Origin: Alphaproteobacteria bacterium
GTDB taxonomy: Bacteria > Pseudomonadota > Alphaproteobacteria > CAAHEQ01 > UBA3637
DNA: 64,000 nt
Direction: 5' to 3'
Assembly (NCBI GenBank): GCA_015062395.1
Contig: SUUS01000003.1
Coordinates: forward strand, 29,203-93,202
This document shows, piece by piece, positions 45,244 through 54,175 of this stretch. Under the pieces are notes generated by a model. That model worked only from the letters and a program-made list of their open reading frames with translations. It did no database searches and was not told the origin of the DNA. The first letter of the stretch is position 1. Each line of letters begins with the position of its first letter. Made by a program: the position numbers and the translations under genes.

Positions 45244-46761
45244 ATGCTTTCACGCATTACAACCGTTTCATTTTGGGGCGTGGAAGCACAAAAGGTGGAC
45301 GTTGAAGTTTACATTACTTCAGGTCTTCCTTCCTTTAAAATCGTCGGGTTAGCAGAAAAAGCCGTTACGGAAAGTTCAGAACGAGTCCGAGCGGCTTTAT
45401 CTTCTATGGGTTTTGCTTTGCCGGCTAAACGGATTACGGTTAATTTGGCGCCAGCTGACATGCCCAAAGAAGGGTCGCACTTTGATTTACCTATTGCTAT
45501 TGGTTTGTTGTGTGCAATGGACGTATTACCGAAAGAGCTGCTGAAAAATTACGTTATTATGGGTGAATTGGGATTGGATGGAAGAATTGCGCCTGTATCT
45601 GGTGTTTTGCCTGGGGCAATGGCGGCTAATTCATTTTCTTTAGGATTTATTTGTCCTTTTGAACAAGGCGCTGAAGCTGCCTGGTCAGCAAATCCAGATA
45701 TTTTGCCTGCATCTACTTTGCTGGATGTGATTAATCATTTTAAAGGAATTACATTATTAAATTCGCCAGCCGTACAAGAACGCAAACGTGAAACTTTTGT
45801 AGGTGATTTTTCGGAAGTTAAAGGTCAAGAAAAAGCAAAAAGAGCTTTGGAAATCGCGGCTGCTGGTGGGCATAATGTTTTAATGATTGGCGCGCCTGGT
45901 TCTGGTAAATCAATGTTGGCGGCACGTTTTTCGTCGATATTACCTCCTATGACGGCTCAAGAAATGTTGCAAGCCAGTGTTATTCATTCTGTTGCTGGAT
46001 TGTTAAAAGATGGTCAATTAATTTCTTCACGCCCATTTCGTGCGCCACATCATTCGGCTTCAATGCCTGCTTTAGTAGGTGGAGGGATTAAAGCTAAACC
46101 AGGTGAAATATCTTTGGCACATACAGGTGTTTTATTTTTAGATGAATTGCCCGAATTTTCCAGAGCTGCTCTGGAAGCGTTAAGACAACCGTTGGAAACG
46201 GGGGAAGTTTCTGTGGCCAGAGTGAATGGACACGTGACATATCCTGCACAATTTCAATTAATTGCAGCGATGAATCCTTGTAAGTGTGGATATTTAGGAA
46301 TGCCAGGACATGAATGTCATCGTGCACCGAAATGCGCTTTGGAATATCAACAAAAATTATCAGGTCCTTTTTTGGACAGAATAGATTTATTCGTTAATGT
46401 TGCTCCTGTTAATCCATTGGATTTAAGAAAAAATAATTTTACAGCCTCTGAAACTTCTGCAACGATTGCAGAGCGTGTTTTAAAAGCTGTTGAATTTGCT
46501 TCAGAGCGCTATAAAGAATATGGCTTAATACGCAACGCGCAAGCGTCAGGGGCTTTGTTGGAAAAAATAACCGTTTTATCTGAAGAATGCGAAAAAATGA
46601 TATCGCAAGCAGCTGTTCAATTTAATTTGTCTGCCCGAGCATATCACCGTATGTTGCGTGTTGCCAGAACCATTGCTGATTTGGATTTAAGCGAGGATAT
46701 AAAACCCAAACATTTAGCTGAAGCACTTTCTTTCAGGCGTCAGATTTTGGAGAGTTCTTAA
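45244..46761 (+). CDS. comM: YifB/ComM family Mg-chelatase-like AAA+ ATPase
   Basis: Lon-like N-terminal domain (VDVEVYITSGLPSFKIVGL), Walker A GAPGSGKSM, Walker B LFLDELPEF, and a Cys cluster NPCKCGYLG. Confidence 0.85.
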   Translation: MLSRITTVSFWGVEAQKVDVEVYITSGLPSFKIVGLAEKAVTESSERVRAALSSMGFALPAKRITVNLAPADMPKEGSHFDLPIAIGLLCAMDVLPKELLKNYVIMGELGLDGRIAPVSGVLPGAMAANSFSLGFICPFEQGAEAAWSANPDILPASTLLDVINHFKGITLLNSPAVQERKRETFVGDFSEVKGQEKAKRALEIAAAGGHNVLMIGAPGSGKSMLAARFSSILPPMTAQEMLQASVIHSVAGLLKDGQLISSRPFRAPHHSASMPALVGGGIKAKPGEISLAHTGVLFLDELPEFSRAALEALRQPLETGEVSVARVNGHVTYPAQFQLIAAMNPCKCGYLGMPGHECHRAPKCALEYQQKLSGPFLDRIDLFVNVAPVNPLDLRKNNFTASETSATIAERVLKAVEFASERYKEYGLIRNAQASGALLEKITVLSEECEKMISQAAVQFNLSARAYHRMLRVARTIADLDLSEDIKPKHLAEALSFRRQILESS

Positions 46762-46762
46762 A

Positions 46763-48364
46763 ATGACATCAGCAAACATCCAAATTTTATTAAGCGTTTT
46801 AGAAATTTTCTGCTTTTTATTGATTTTGGGCGTATATACCAGAACTCGAAAGCAAAGAAAACGGTTGCGTGCAGAGCGTGAAAAATTAACAGAGATTTTA
46901 TCGACATCGCCATGTGGTTATTTTTATTTTCTGCCCAACGGCGTGCAAATTTGTTCCAGAAGGTTAGCGGTTTTATTGGGGATTTATGAAAATAATCCAT
47001 CTTTTGAAATTTTGTTAAAAAAAATATCTGCAGAAAGTCAAATTGCGTTAAAAGAAGCCGTTTTTCAGCTGTCTTCGACTGGGAAAGAATTTGTTTTGAC
47101 TGTATCAAATGCGTCAGGCTCTTTGCGTTTAAATGTTCAAGGTATCAGAGCTTCTACATTGGAAGGAAAAGTATTGGCTGATGTCCTGTGGTTTGGGGAT
47201 GAAACCGATTTATTGGCTCAAAATGAAATTTATTCTGATGAATTGAAAACATATCGTTTGCGTGATGAATTATTTCAACGAGCATTAGATGGTTTGCCTT
47301 TTGCTTTTTGGTTGCGTAATCAAGATTTAAGTTTAGCTTATTGTAATAAAATTTATGTGAAGTTGGCAAAGGTCAAAGATGAAGCTGAAGCGTTAAAAAA
47401 GAATGTATATTTACCTTATGAAGGTGAAAATAAAATGGGGGCAAAACTGCTTGCGATGACGGCAAAAACATCGGGCGAGGAAAAATCTGAAAAAGGCAGT
47501 TTTATTGTCGATAAAAAATCAAAGTTAATGCAAATATACGAATTGCCAATGACTTTTAAAGAAAAAGAAATGGAACGTTTTACGGTTGGTTTTACGCGTG
47601 ACATTCAAAATGAAGAAAATTTAAAAGAAAGTTTGGATAGCTATTTAAAAGCGCAATACCAAGTTTTGGGTGCTTTAAGTTCTGGTATTGTTATTTTTGA
47701 TGCAAATGCATATGTTCAATTTTTTAATAAAGCTTTTTGTGAACTGTGGAAATTATCAGAAGAGTGGTTAGTTCGAGCTCCTTCTTATGCTGGGATTTTG
47801 GAAAAGTTGCGTGAAAAACGGTTGTTGCCAGAAGAAGGAAACTTTTTAAAATTTAAGCATAAGGAATTGGAAAATTTTTCAACATTATCTTCTTTGCAAG
47901 AAGATATTATGTATTTGCCAGATGGACATATTTATAAAAGAACAATGACTCCTTATCCATTAGGGGGGGTGGTTATGACTTTTGATGATGTATCGGATAA
48001 AATATCTTTGGAACGTCTATATAATACACAATTAGCAAATCAACAAAGCATCTTAAATCAATTTTCACAAGCTTTGTTGGTTTTTAATGAAGAGGGGCGA
48101 TTAAAACTTTGGAATAGCGCATATGAAACTTTATTTAACACGACTGCTGATTTTTTAAAAACGGAACCCTTGTTAATAGATGTTTTGCAAAGTCAAAAAA
48201 GTATGCTTTGTTCCAGCGATGACATTTGGGATTTATTAAGTCAAAAGATATTAAACGCTTTAGAAGAAGATAGCTTGTTGGATTTGAATTTGATTTCGGA
48301 TAAAAAAGTTTGTTTGAAAACTTTTCGATTACCAGATGGTGGTTTATTGTTGCGTTATGAGTAA
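46763..48364 (+). CDS. Membrane-anchored multi-PAS-like sensor protein with no recognisable output domain
   Basis: One N-terminal helix, then three PAS-like segments (LDGLPFAFWLRNQDLSLAYCN; LSSGIVIFDANAYVQFFNKAF; FSQALLVFNEEGRLKLWNSAY). No H-box, HATPase, GGDEF or EAL motif before the stop. Confidence 0.55.
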   Translation: MTSANIQILLSVLEIFCFLLILGVYTRTRKQRKRLRAEREKLTEILSTSPCGYFYFLPNGVQICSRRLAVLLGIYENNPSFEILLKKISAESQIALKEAVFQLSSTGKEFVLTVSNASGSLRLNVQGIRASTLEGKVLADVLWFGDETDLLAQNEIYSDELKTYRLRDELFQRALDGLPFAFWLRNQDLSLAYCNKIYVKLAKVKDEAEALKKNVYLPYEGENKMGAKLLAMTAKTSGEEKSEKGSFIVDKKSKLMQIYELPMTFKEKEMERFTVGFTRDIQNEENLKESLDSYLKAQYQVLGALSSGIVIFDANAYVQFFNKAFCELWKLSEEWLVRAPSYAGILEKLREKRLLPEEGNFLKFKHKELENFSTLSSLQEDIMYLPDGHIYKRTMTPYPLGGVVMTFDDVSDKISLERLYNTQLANQQSILNQFSQALLVFNEEGRLKLWNSAYETLFNTTADFLKTEPLLIDVLQSQKSMLCSSDDIWDLLSQKILNALEEDSLLDLNLISDKKVCLKTFRLPDGGLLLRYE

Positions 48365-48382
48365 AGATTTAACTTTTTTAAT

Positions 48383-48411
48383 TTGACATTTTATGAAAAG
48401 TCAGGTATAAA
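48383..48411 (+). promoter_or_regulatory. sigma70-type promoter of tRNA-Ser
   Basis: TTGACA-N17-TATAAA. The -10 ends 12 nt before the first tRNA base. Confidence 0.6.
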
Positions 48412-48423
48412 TTTATCATGTTT

Positions 48424-48514
48424 GGAAAGGTGGCAGAGTGGTCGAATGCGGCAGACTCGAAATCTGTTGTACTGCTAGTCAGTACCGGGAGTTCGAATCT
48501 CCCCCTTTCCGCCA
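48424..48514 (+). tRNA. tRNA-Ser (anticodon CGA)
   Basis: GGAAAGG acceptor paired with CCTTTCC, anticodon loop CTCGAAA, long variable arm GTACTG-CTAGT-CAGTAC, T-arm GGGAG-TTCGAAT-CTCCC, and encoded CCA. 91 nt. Confidence 0.9.
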
Positions 48515-48855
48515 ATAAAAAGCTCCGAGAGGGGCTTTTTTTTGTGTGGAGGGGAGGTCGAACGATAGGAGTTCGGTGACCGCAGGGCACGATGTCTGAA
48601 AGACAGTTTCAAGGCTTTTGAAAAAAGCGTTGAAATGCGTGAAACGCACAATCTCCCCCTTTCCGCCAATAAAAAGCTCCGAGAGGGGCTTTTTTTTGTG
48701 TGGAGGGGAGGTCGAACGAAAGGAGTTCGGTGACCGCAGGGCACGATGTCTGAAAGACAGTTTCAAGGCTTTTGAAAAAAGCGTTGAAATGCGTGAAACG
48801 CACAATCTCCCCCTTTGAAGCCAATAAAAAGCTCCTGTGAAGGGGCTTTTTGTGT
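48496..48855 (+). repeat. 154-bp tandem repeat (2.3 copies) whose unit begins with the last 19 nt of tRNA-Ser
   Basis: Units start at 48496/7, 48650/1 and 48804/5. Copies 1 and 2 differ at one base (cgataggag versus cgaaaggag). Copy 3 is partial and diverged (atctccccctttGAAgcca...). Each unit carries the terminator hairpin AGCTCC-GAGA-GGGGCT followed by a T-run. Confidence 0.92.
48517..48543 (+). terminator. Intrinsic terminator of tRNA-Ser (repeated in each tandem unit)
   Basis: AGCTCC-GAGA-GGGGCT hairpin followed by T8. Copies at about 48671-48697 and, in a diverged form, 48825-48850. Confidence 0.7.
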
Positions 48856-48888
48856 AAAACAAACATTTTTAGCCTGTTGAAAAGGATT

Positions 48889-49353
48889 ATGATGAAAACT
48901 AACCTTTTAAAAAATATATTTGTTTTTGCTTCGTTTTTTATTCTTGTGTTTTCGTTTAAATTTTTTGGGATAAAAAATATTGTTGTCGATTGCAACAGGT
49001 ATGCCGAATGTTCTTTTCAACTTATTTTTCTTTTTACTTTCTTTTTCTTCTTTTGGTTTGCTTTATTTAAGAAAATATCGTGGTGGTGGCTGTTTTGCTT
49101 TCTCAGCTGGATGTGTGGATTTGTTGGGACTGGTATCATATTAGATGCAATTAAAAACACTGAATTTGAATATGCCTATATCTTTGTTTCTTTTTTGCTG
49201 ATATGCGCTTGGTTTTTTCCTTTAATTTTTGCATTTATAAAAAATAAAAATTCAAAAAAAACGGAAACTTTATTAAAGAAACGATGTTTGATTTGGTTGT
49301 TCTCTTTTATTTTATCTGCTATTATTATTTTCGCATTTAGTTTGTTTTTTTAA
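48889..49353 (+). CDS. Polytopic small membrane protein, function unknown
   Basis: About 5 hydrophobic helices. The likely start is the ATG at 48889 (RBS aaaaggattATG). The track's upstream start lies inside the tandem repeat. Confidence 0.4.
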   Translation: MMKTNLLKNIFVFASFFILVFSFKFFGIKNIVVDCNRYAECSFQLIFLFTFFFFFWFALFKKISWWWLFCFLSWMCGFVGTGIILDAIKNTEFEYAYIFVSFLLICAWFFPLIFAFIKNKNSKKTETLLKKRCLIWLFSFILSAIIIFAFSLFF

Positions 49354-49391
49354 TGTATTAATGGTTGTTGTTTATTTGAAAGGTTAATAAT

Positions 49392-49874
49392 ATGGACTTC
49401 AAAAAAATGGAAGAATTATCAAATTTAAGAAAAGAAGGAAAAATTTCTATTGTTGAATTTGAAGAACGAATGAAGGCTTTGCGATATGAAAGTGCTCAAG
49501 AAGGTAATTCAGATGTTAAAAAATCCCCTTTTTTGAATCGGGTAAAACGCGAAAATGAATATTTTGAATGGCGAAGACTTGTTAAGTTACATCCGGTTTG
49601 TTTAGCACTTCGTTATAGTCCTATTTTTTTATTACTTTGTTTTATTGTTATTTTGACAATTTGGGGAAACGTCATTACTCCTGAAGTGATGTATCGTTCT
49701 ATTGTTGGGTTTGTGTTATATTGTGTGTTTGTTCCATTCTTGCTCCCTATAATTGCTTTTAAAAGAGTGAAGGATAAAAAGAAAATCTATTTCTTTTATC
49801 ATTATTTGATGTGTTTTTTAGAGGTTTGGGTTGTGATTGTATGGATTTCATTACAACAAAACAGGTTCAAATAA
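49392..49874 (+). CDS. Membrane protein with an N-terminal SHOCT-like motif
   Basis: MEELSNLRKEGKISIVEFEERMKAL resembles the SHOCT short oligomerisation motif. It is followed by 3-4 hydrophobic helices. Confidence 0.45.
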   Translation: MDFKKMEELSNLRKEGKISIVEFEERMKALRYESAQEGNSDVKKSPFLNRVKRENEYFEWRRLVKLHPVCLALRYSPIFLLLCFIVILTIWGNVITPEVMYRSIVGFVLYCVFVPFLLPIIAFKRVKDKKKIYFFYHYLMCFLEVWVVIVWISLQQNRFK

Positions 49875-49905
49875 CTTACGCGTGATTTATGTAAAGAACG
49901 CTTTT

Positions 49906-51864
49906 TTACAAAAAAGTATATGGGTCGATATCAATGCGAACATTTACAGAAGATGGGCATTTAAAATGCTTTAGCCATTCTTTTAATATGCGACTTAATG
50001 GGATTTGCTTGTCTGCTTTTACTAAAATACGATAACGAAATTTTCCACGTAATTGAAATATAGGAGCAGATACAGGACCTAAAAATTCTACGCCTTGTAT
50101 GGAGGGGGCATGTCTTGTTAAGCTTTTTGCTATTTGCAGTGTTTTTAATTCATCTTTTCCACTGATAATAATCCCCGCCAATCGTCCAAAAGGAGGCATT
50201 GATAGCATTTTTCTGGCCATAATTTCGCTTTCCATAAACAAAGGCCTATCGCCAGTTAAAAGCGCTTGAATAACGCTGTTTTGAGGGCTGTATGTTTGAA
50301 TTAATGCTTTTCCTTTTTTATCATGACGACCTGCACGTCCGGAAACTTGTTGCAATAATTGGAATGTTCGTTCGGATGCACGCAAATCGCCTCCGACCAA
50401 ACCAAAATCAGCATCAATAATACCGACTAAAGTTAAGTTTGGAAAGTTGTGGCCTTTGGCTAACATTTGTGTACCGATTAAAATGTCTATTTGACCATTT
50501 TCTAATGCTAAACACAATTCATCAAATTCTTTTGCAGAATTAATCGTATCACTTGTCACCATTTGAATTTTAGCATCAGGGAATAAATCTTTAGCTTCTT
50601 CGTAAATACGTTCAACTCCTGGTCCACAGGAAATCAGGCAATTTTTTTCTCCACAAGCAGGACATTCGTCTTTTAATATGCGTGTATAGCCACATTGATG
50701 ACAAATTAAACGATTTTGTCCTCGATGTTCAGTTAAAAATACAGAACAATGAGGACATTTTATTTTTTCTCCACACGCACGACATAAACGCATAGGCGCA
50801 TAACCTCTGCGATTTAAAAACAACAACGATTGATTTTTTAACGTTAAGTTTTCTGCCAACGCTTCTTTGAGTGTTGCAGAAATAAACCCTTTTTCATCTT
50901 TGTTTTTCGAACGCATATCAACCAATTGGATTTCGGGCAAAGTAGCACCTGCAAATCGTTCAGTGAGTACAACTTTATCAAAACGACCGCTTTGAACATT
51001 GCAAAAAGTTTCTAATGAGGGGGTGGCTGATGCTAATAATACGGGTAATTTTTCTATTTGACCACGAACGATAGCCATATCTCTGGCTTGATATAATACG
51101 CCATCTTCTTGTTTATAAGAAGCGTCATGTTCTTCGTCAACGATAATTAATCCTAAATTTTCAAAAGGTAAAAATAACGCAGAACGAGCGCCAACTAAAA
51201 CTTGAGCATTTCCATTATGGATTGCGTGCCATGTATCACGTCGTTGCTTTTGTGTCATACCACTATGCCAAACTGCAGGCAGGCAGCCAAAGCTTTTTTC
51301 AAACCGATTAAGCCATGCCGTTGTTAATGTTATTTCAGGTAATAAAACAAGCACTTGTTTATTTTGTTTTAATGCTTGATGAATGGCTTCAAAGTAAACG
51401 GCTGTTTTTCCAGAACCTGTGACACCATCAATCAATGTGACAGAAAAATCGTTATTTATTTTGGGGCGAATTGTATCGATGGCTTTTTGTTGTTCAGCAG
51501 AAAAACACAACTCGCTTTTAGCCAAAGTGGCTTTTTCAAACAAAATTGGTTTTTTACTGACAGTGTCAATATCGACAGGTAAAACCATTTTTAAAATCAA
51601 ACCCACAGGGGATAAAGTATATTCAGATACCCATTTAATAAAATCACAGATTTTTTGATTTAATGGTTTTATATCTAAAACTTGTAAAATGGATTTAATC
51701 TTTTCATCAGGAAAGCAGTCATCTACTGGTTCATTCCAAACAATTCCAATTAATTCTGATTTACCAAAAGGAACTCGAACAAACGTTCCGCAAGGTAGTT
51801 TTTCTTCTGCAAAATAAGTGCAGACAGAAAAAAGATTGGGCAATAAAACAGAAATTTTTTGCAT
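49906..51864 (-). CDS. priA: Primosomal replication-restart helicase PriA
   Basis: Walker A DGVTGSGKT, DEEHD, and a Cys-rich zinc region CRACGEKIKCPHCSVFLTEH...CHQCGY...CPACGE. Confidence 0.9.
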   Translation of the reverse strand: MQKISVLLPNLFSVCTYFAEEKLPCGTFVRVPFGKSELIGIVWNEPVDDCFPDEKIKSILQVLDIKPLNQKICDFIKWVSEYTLSPVGLILKMVLPVDIDTVSKKPILFEKATLAKSELCFSAEQQKAIDTIRPKINNDFSVTLIDGVTGSGKTAVYFEAIHQALKQNKQVLVLLPEITLTTAWLNRFEKSFGCLPAVWHSGMTQKQRRDTWHAIHNGNAQVLVGARSALFLPFENLGLIIVDEEHDASYKQEDGVLYQARDMAIVRGQIEKLPVLLASATPSLETFCNVQSGRFDKVVLTERFAGATLPEIQLVDMRSKNKDEKGFISATLKEALAENLTLKNQSLLFLNRRGYAPMRLCRACGEKIKCPHCSVFLTEHRGQNRLICHQCGYTRILKDECPACGEKNCLISCGPGVERIYEEAKDLFPDAKIQMVTSDTINSAKEFDELCLALENGQIDILIGTQMLAKGHNFPNLTLVGIIDADFGLVGGDLRASERTFQLLQQVSGRAGRHDKKGKALIQTYSPQNSVIQALLTGDRPLFMESEIMARKMLSMPPFGRLAGIIISGKDELKTLQIAKSLTRHAPSIQGVEFLGPVSAPIFQLRGKFRYRILVKADKQIPLSRILKEWLKHFKCPSSVNVRIDIDPYTFL

Positions 51865-51910
51865 TTTTATTTTTCTTTCCTATAATTCTGGTATAAGGAT
51901 ATAAAAAAGC

Positions 51911-52873
51911 ATGCAAAACATCAAGTATTTTGAAAAATTTTTAGAAAAAAAAGCATATCAAGCTTTTGATAGTTGGTATCAATGGTTGTTAATGGAAAAA
52001 CGGTTATCAGAACATACTGCAGATAGTTATTTTTTGGATTTAAAGGCCTTTTTCGAATTTTTATATGCAGATTTTGGACATTTATTGTCATTAAAAGATT
52101 TAAAAGATTTATCTGTCGGTGATTTTCGTGCTTTTTTGGTTCACCGTTCAGGGCAAGGGATTATTCGTTCATCTTTGTCCCGAAATATGTCAGCTATTCG
52201 TAATTTTTTTAAGTATTTGCATAAAAATTATGATATTGAAAATACTGCTGTTGGGATGGTCCGTTCTGCACGGCCTCCAAAAACTTTACCTAAACCATTG
52301 GGGCAAGATGAAGCTTTGCAATTATTGCATGCTGCATATGGTGCGCAAAAAGAAAAATGGCAAGGATTGCGTGATGTCGCTTTGTTAACGCTTTTATATG
52401 GATGTGGATTGCGTATTTCAGAGGCTTTAAATTTAACCATTTCAGATTGGAATTCAAATCCAGAAGTTTTAATCGTTAAAGGTAAGGGGAATAAAGAGAG
52501 AATAGTTCCATTATTGCCATTGGTCAAAAAAGCTGTGTCGGCTTATTTGAAAGAACGCGCGTTTGAAGTTTCAAATCATTCGCCTCTTTTCATTGGAGCA
52601 AGGGGAGAACAAATTAATCCAGGTGTTGTTCAACGGCAAATTCGTCGTTTACGCAGACAGTTGGGATTGCCTGAAAGTGTGACGCCTCACGCATTAAGGC
52701 ACAGTTTTGCAACACATTTATTAGAGGCTGGTTCAGATTTGCGTTCGGTTCAAGAATTGTTAGGACACGCATCTTTATCTGCGACCCAGCGTTATACAGA
52801 AGTTGATACGCACCATTTAACGGCTGTTTATAATAAAGCCCATCCTCGTGCGCATTTAAAAAAGAAAAGTTAA
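51911..52873 (+). CDS. Tyrosine recombinase of the XerC/XerD family
   Basis: LLYGCGLRISEALNL (catalytic Arg), HALRHSFATHLLEAGSDLRSVQELLGHASLSATQRYT (H-x-x-R ... catalytic Tyr). 320 aa. XerC versus XerD is not resolved. Confidence 0.85.
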   Translation: MQNIKYFEKFLEKKAYQAFDSWYQWLLMEKRLSEHTADSYFLDLKAFFEFLYADFGHLLSLKDLKDLSVGDFRAFLVHRSGQGIIRSSLSRNMSAIRNFFKYLHKNYDIENTAVGMVRSARPPKTLPKPLGQDEALQLLHAAYGAQKEKWQGLRDVALLTLLYGCGLRISEALNLTISDWNSNPEVLIVKGKGNKERIVPLLPLVKKAVSAYLKERAFEVSNHSPLFIGARGEQINPGVVQRQIRRLRRQLGLPESVTPHALRHSFATHLLEAGSDLRSVQELLGHASLSATQRYTEVDTHHLTAVYNKAHPRAHLKKKS

Positions 52874-52924
52874 ACTCTTGCTTTTTGTTTAAAATCCTCT
52901 TATAACTAAAAAAGAAGGTTCGTT

Positions 52925-54160
52925 ATGAAAAAGTATGCATTAATTGCTTTGTTTTTGTGCTTTTTATCTGGGTGTTCCAGCTTTGGACGAGGTCTTGTCG
53001 AAGGTTTTATAGATGCTCAAGAAAAAAAGAAAGAAGAAATGGGTTGCACTATTTTAAGTGCTGGCTTTTCGGGACTGCAAAGAGCCGAAGAAGATTCCAT
53101 TAAAGTTTTATTTGTTCACGGTATCGGTCATCATACACCTGGTTATGGCTTGCCGTTTATTAATCAATTGGCTTTAAAAATGGGTATGGATGCGATGTCT
53201 TTTGATACTAAAAAAATCCAAATGATTGATGAAAAGGGGCAATTTGTCGGGCATTTAAATGTTTATCGTTTTTTGAACAAAGATACTGGAAAATCTGTTG
53301 TTTTTTATGAACAAACTTGGTCTGGTATTACAGAGCCGATTAAAAAAGCATTAGCTTATGATACAATGTCTGCTTATGCGCCATATCGTTCGGCTGTGAA
53401 TGCACAGATGAAATTTTTTATGAATTCAACTTTGCCAGATACAACGATTTATTTTGGACCAGATGGCGAAAAAATGATTAATTCTTCGCTTCAATCATTT
53501 TGTTGGATGACGAATTTTGATTATGAAGAATTACCAGACAATGTTGAAAAATTTTGTAATATAACAGCTCAAAAAGCAATAGCAGGTTTATCAAAAGATA
53601 ATTTTGTTTTTATTACAAACAGTTTGGGTAGTCGTATTACAATAGATGCTTTACAACAAATTGCTGAAAAAATAACCCATTTACCTAAAGGGAATGATAA
53701 AGTTCAAAAAGCATTAGAATTGTTGCGTCAAAAAGAAATTATAATTTTTATGCTTGCTAATCAGTTGCCTTTGTTGCAATTGGGCAGAAAAGCACCTTTG
53801 CACGTTGGACAACGGGATGATTTTTGTTTGCCAACAGGTAAAAATTATCATCAGCGATTGTTTAAGTTATTAAATGTCGTTGCAATTAGTGATCCAAACG
53901 ATTTATTGAGTTATGCTTTAGAACCAGACAGTGCTGATACTTATTTTGATTCAGCTTTCTGTCCGGTTATTTCGAATGTGTCTATTACGACAACGCCACA
54001 AATAGATGTTGGGATTGGGCAAATTGCAAATCCTTTGTTTGCGCATACAAATTATCAAAAAAATCCATATATTTTGGATTTGATGGTCGAAGGTTTGCAA
54101 GAAGGATTTATCGCCCCTTCAATTGATGAAAAATGTCAGTGGATTTTATTAAAAAAATAA
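52925..54160 (+). CDS. Lipoprotein, possible alpha/beta-hydrolase (lipase/esterase-like)
   Basis: Lipobox FLSGCS, oxyanion-like VLFVHGIGHH, and a nucleophile-elbow-like ITNSLGS. The catalytic assignment is tentative. Confidence 0.45.
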   Translation: MKKYALIALFLCFLSGCSSFGRGLVEGFIDAQEKKKEEMGCTILSAGFSGLQRAEEDSIKVLFVHGIGHHTPGYGLPFINQLALKMGMDAMSFDTKKIQMIDEKGQFVGHLNVYRFLNKDTGKSVVFYEQTWSGITEPIKKALAYDTMSAYAPYRSAVNAQMKFFMNSTLPDTTIYFGPDGEKMINSSLQSFCWMTNFDYEELPDNVEKFCNITAQKAIAGLSKDNFVFITNSLGSRITIDALQQIAEKITHLPKGNDKVQKALELLRQKEIIIFMLANQLPLLQLGRKAPLHVGQRDDFCLPTGKNYHQRLFKLLNVVAISDPNDLLSYALEPDSADTYFDSAFCPVISNVSITTTPQIDVGIGQIANPLFAHTNYQKNPYILDLMVEGLQEGFIAPSIDEKCQWILLKK

Positions 54161-54175
54161 AATAGGAGCTAAAAA

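Noticed and set aside
48496-48855. Possible CRISPR array.
   Set aside because: The 154-bp units are directly contiguous with no unique spacers. The unit is far longer than a CRISPR repeat and begins with the tRNA 3' end. No cas genes are present in the window.
48378-48995. Four overlapping minus-strand ORFs (70-128 aa) and one plus-strand ORF (48618-48818) with repetitive translations (MPCGHRTP..VRPPLHTKKSPSRSFLLAERG).
   Set aside because: They lie entirely within the tRNA-Ser gene and the 154-bp tandem repeat, and their similarity to each other simply reflects the DNA repeat. They have no RBS and they overlap a tRNA and terminator hairpins. I treat them as non-coding.
51911-52873. The tyrosine recombinase as the integrase of the tRNA-Ser-associated islet.
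   Set aside because: Its sequence and length are typical of housekeeping XerC/XerD (RISEALNL, HALRHSFATHLL, LGHASLSATQRYT). It is separated from the tRNA by priA and does not abut an att-like repeat.
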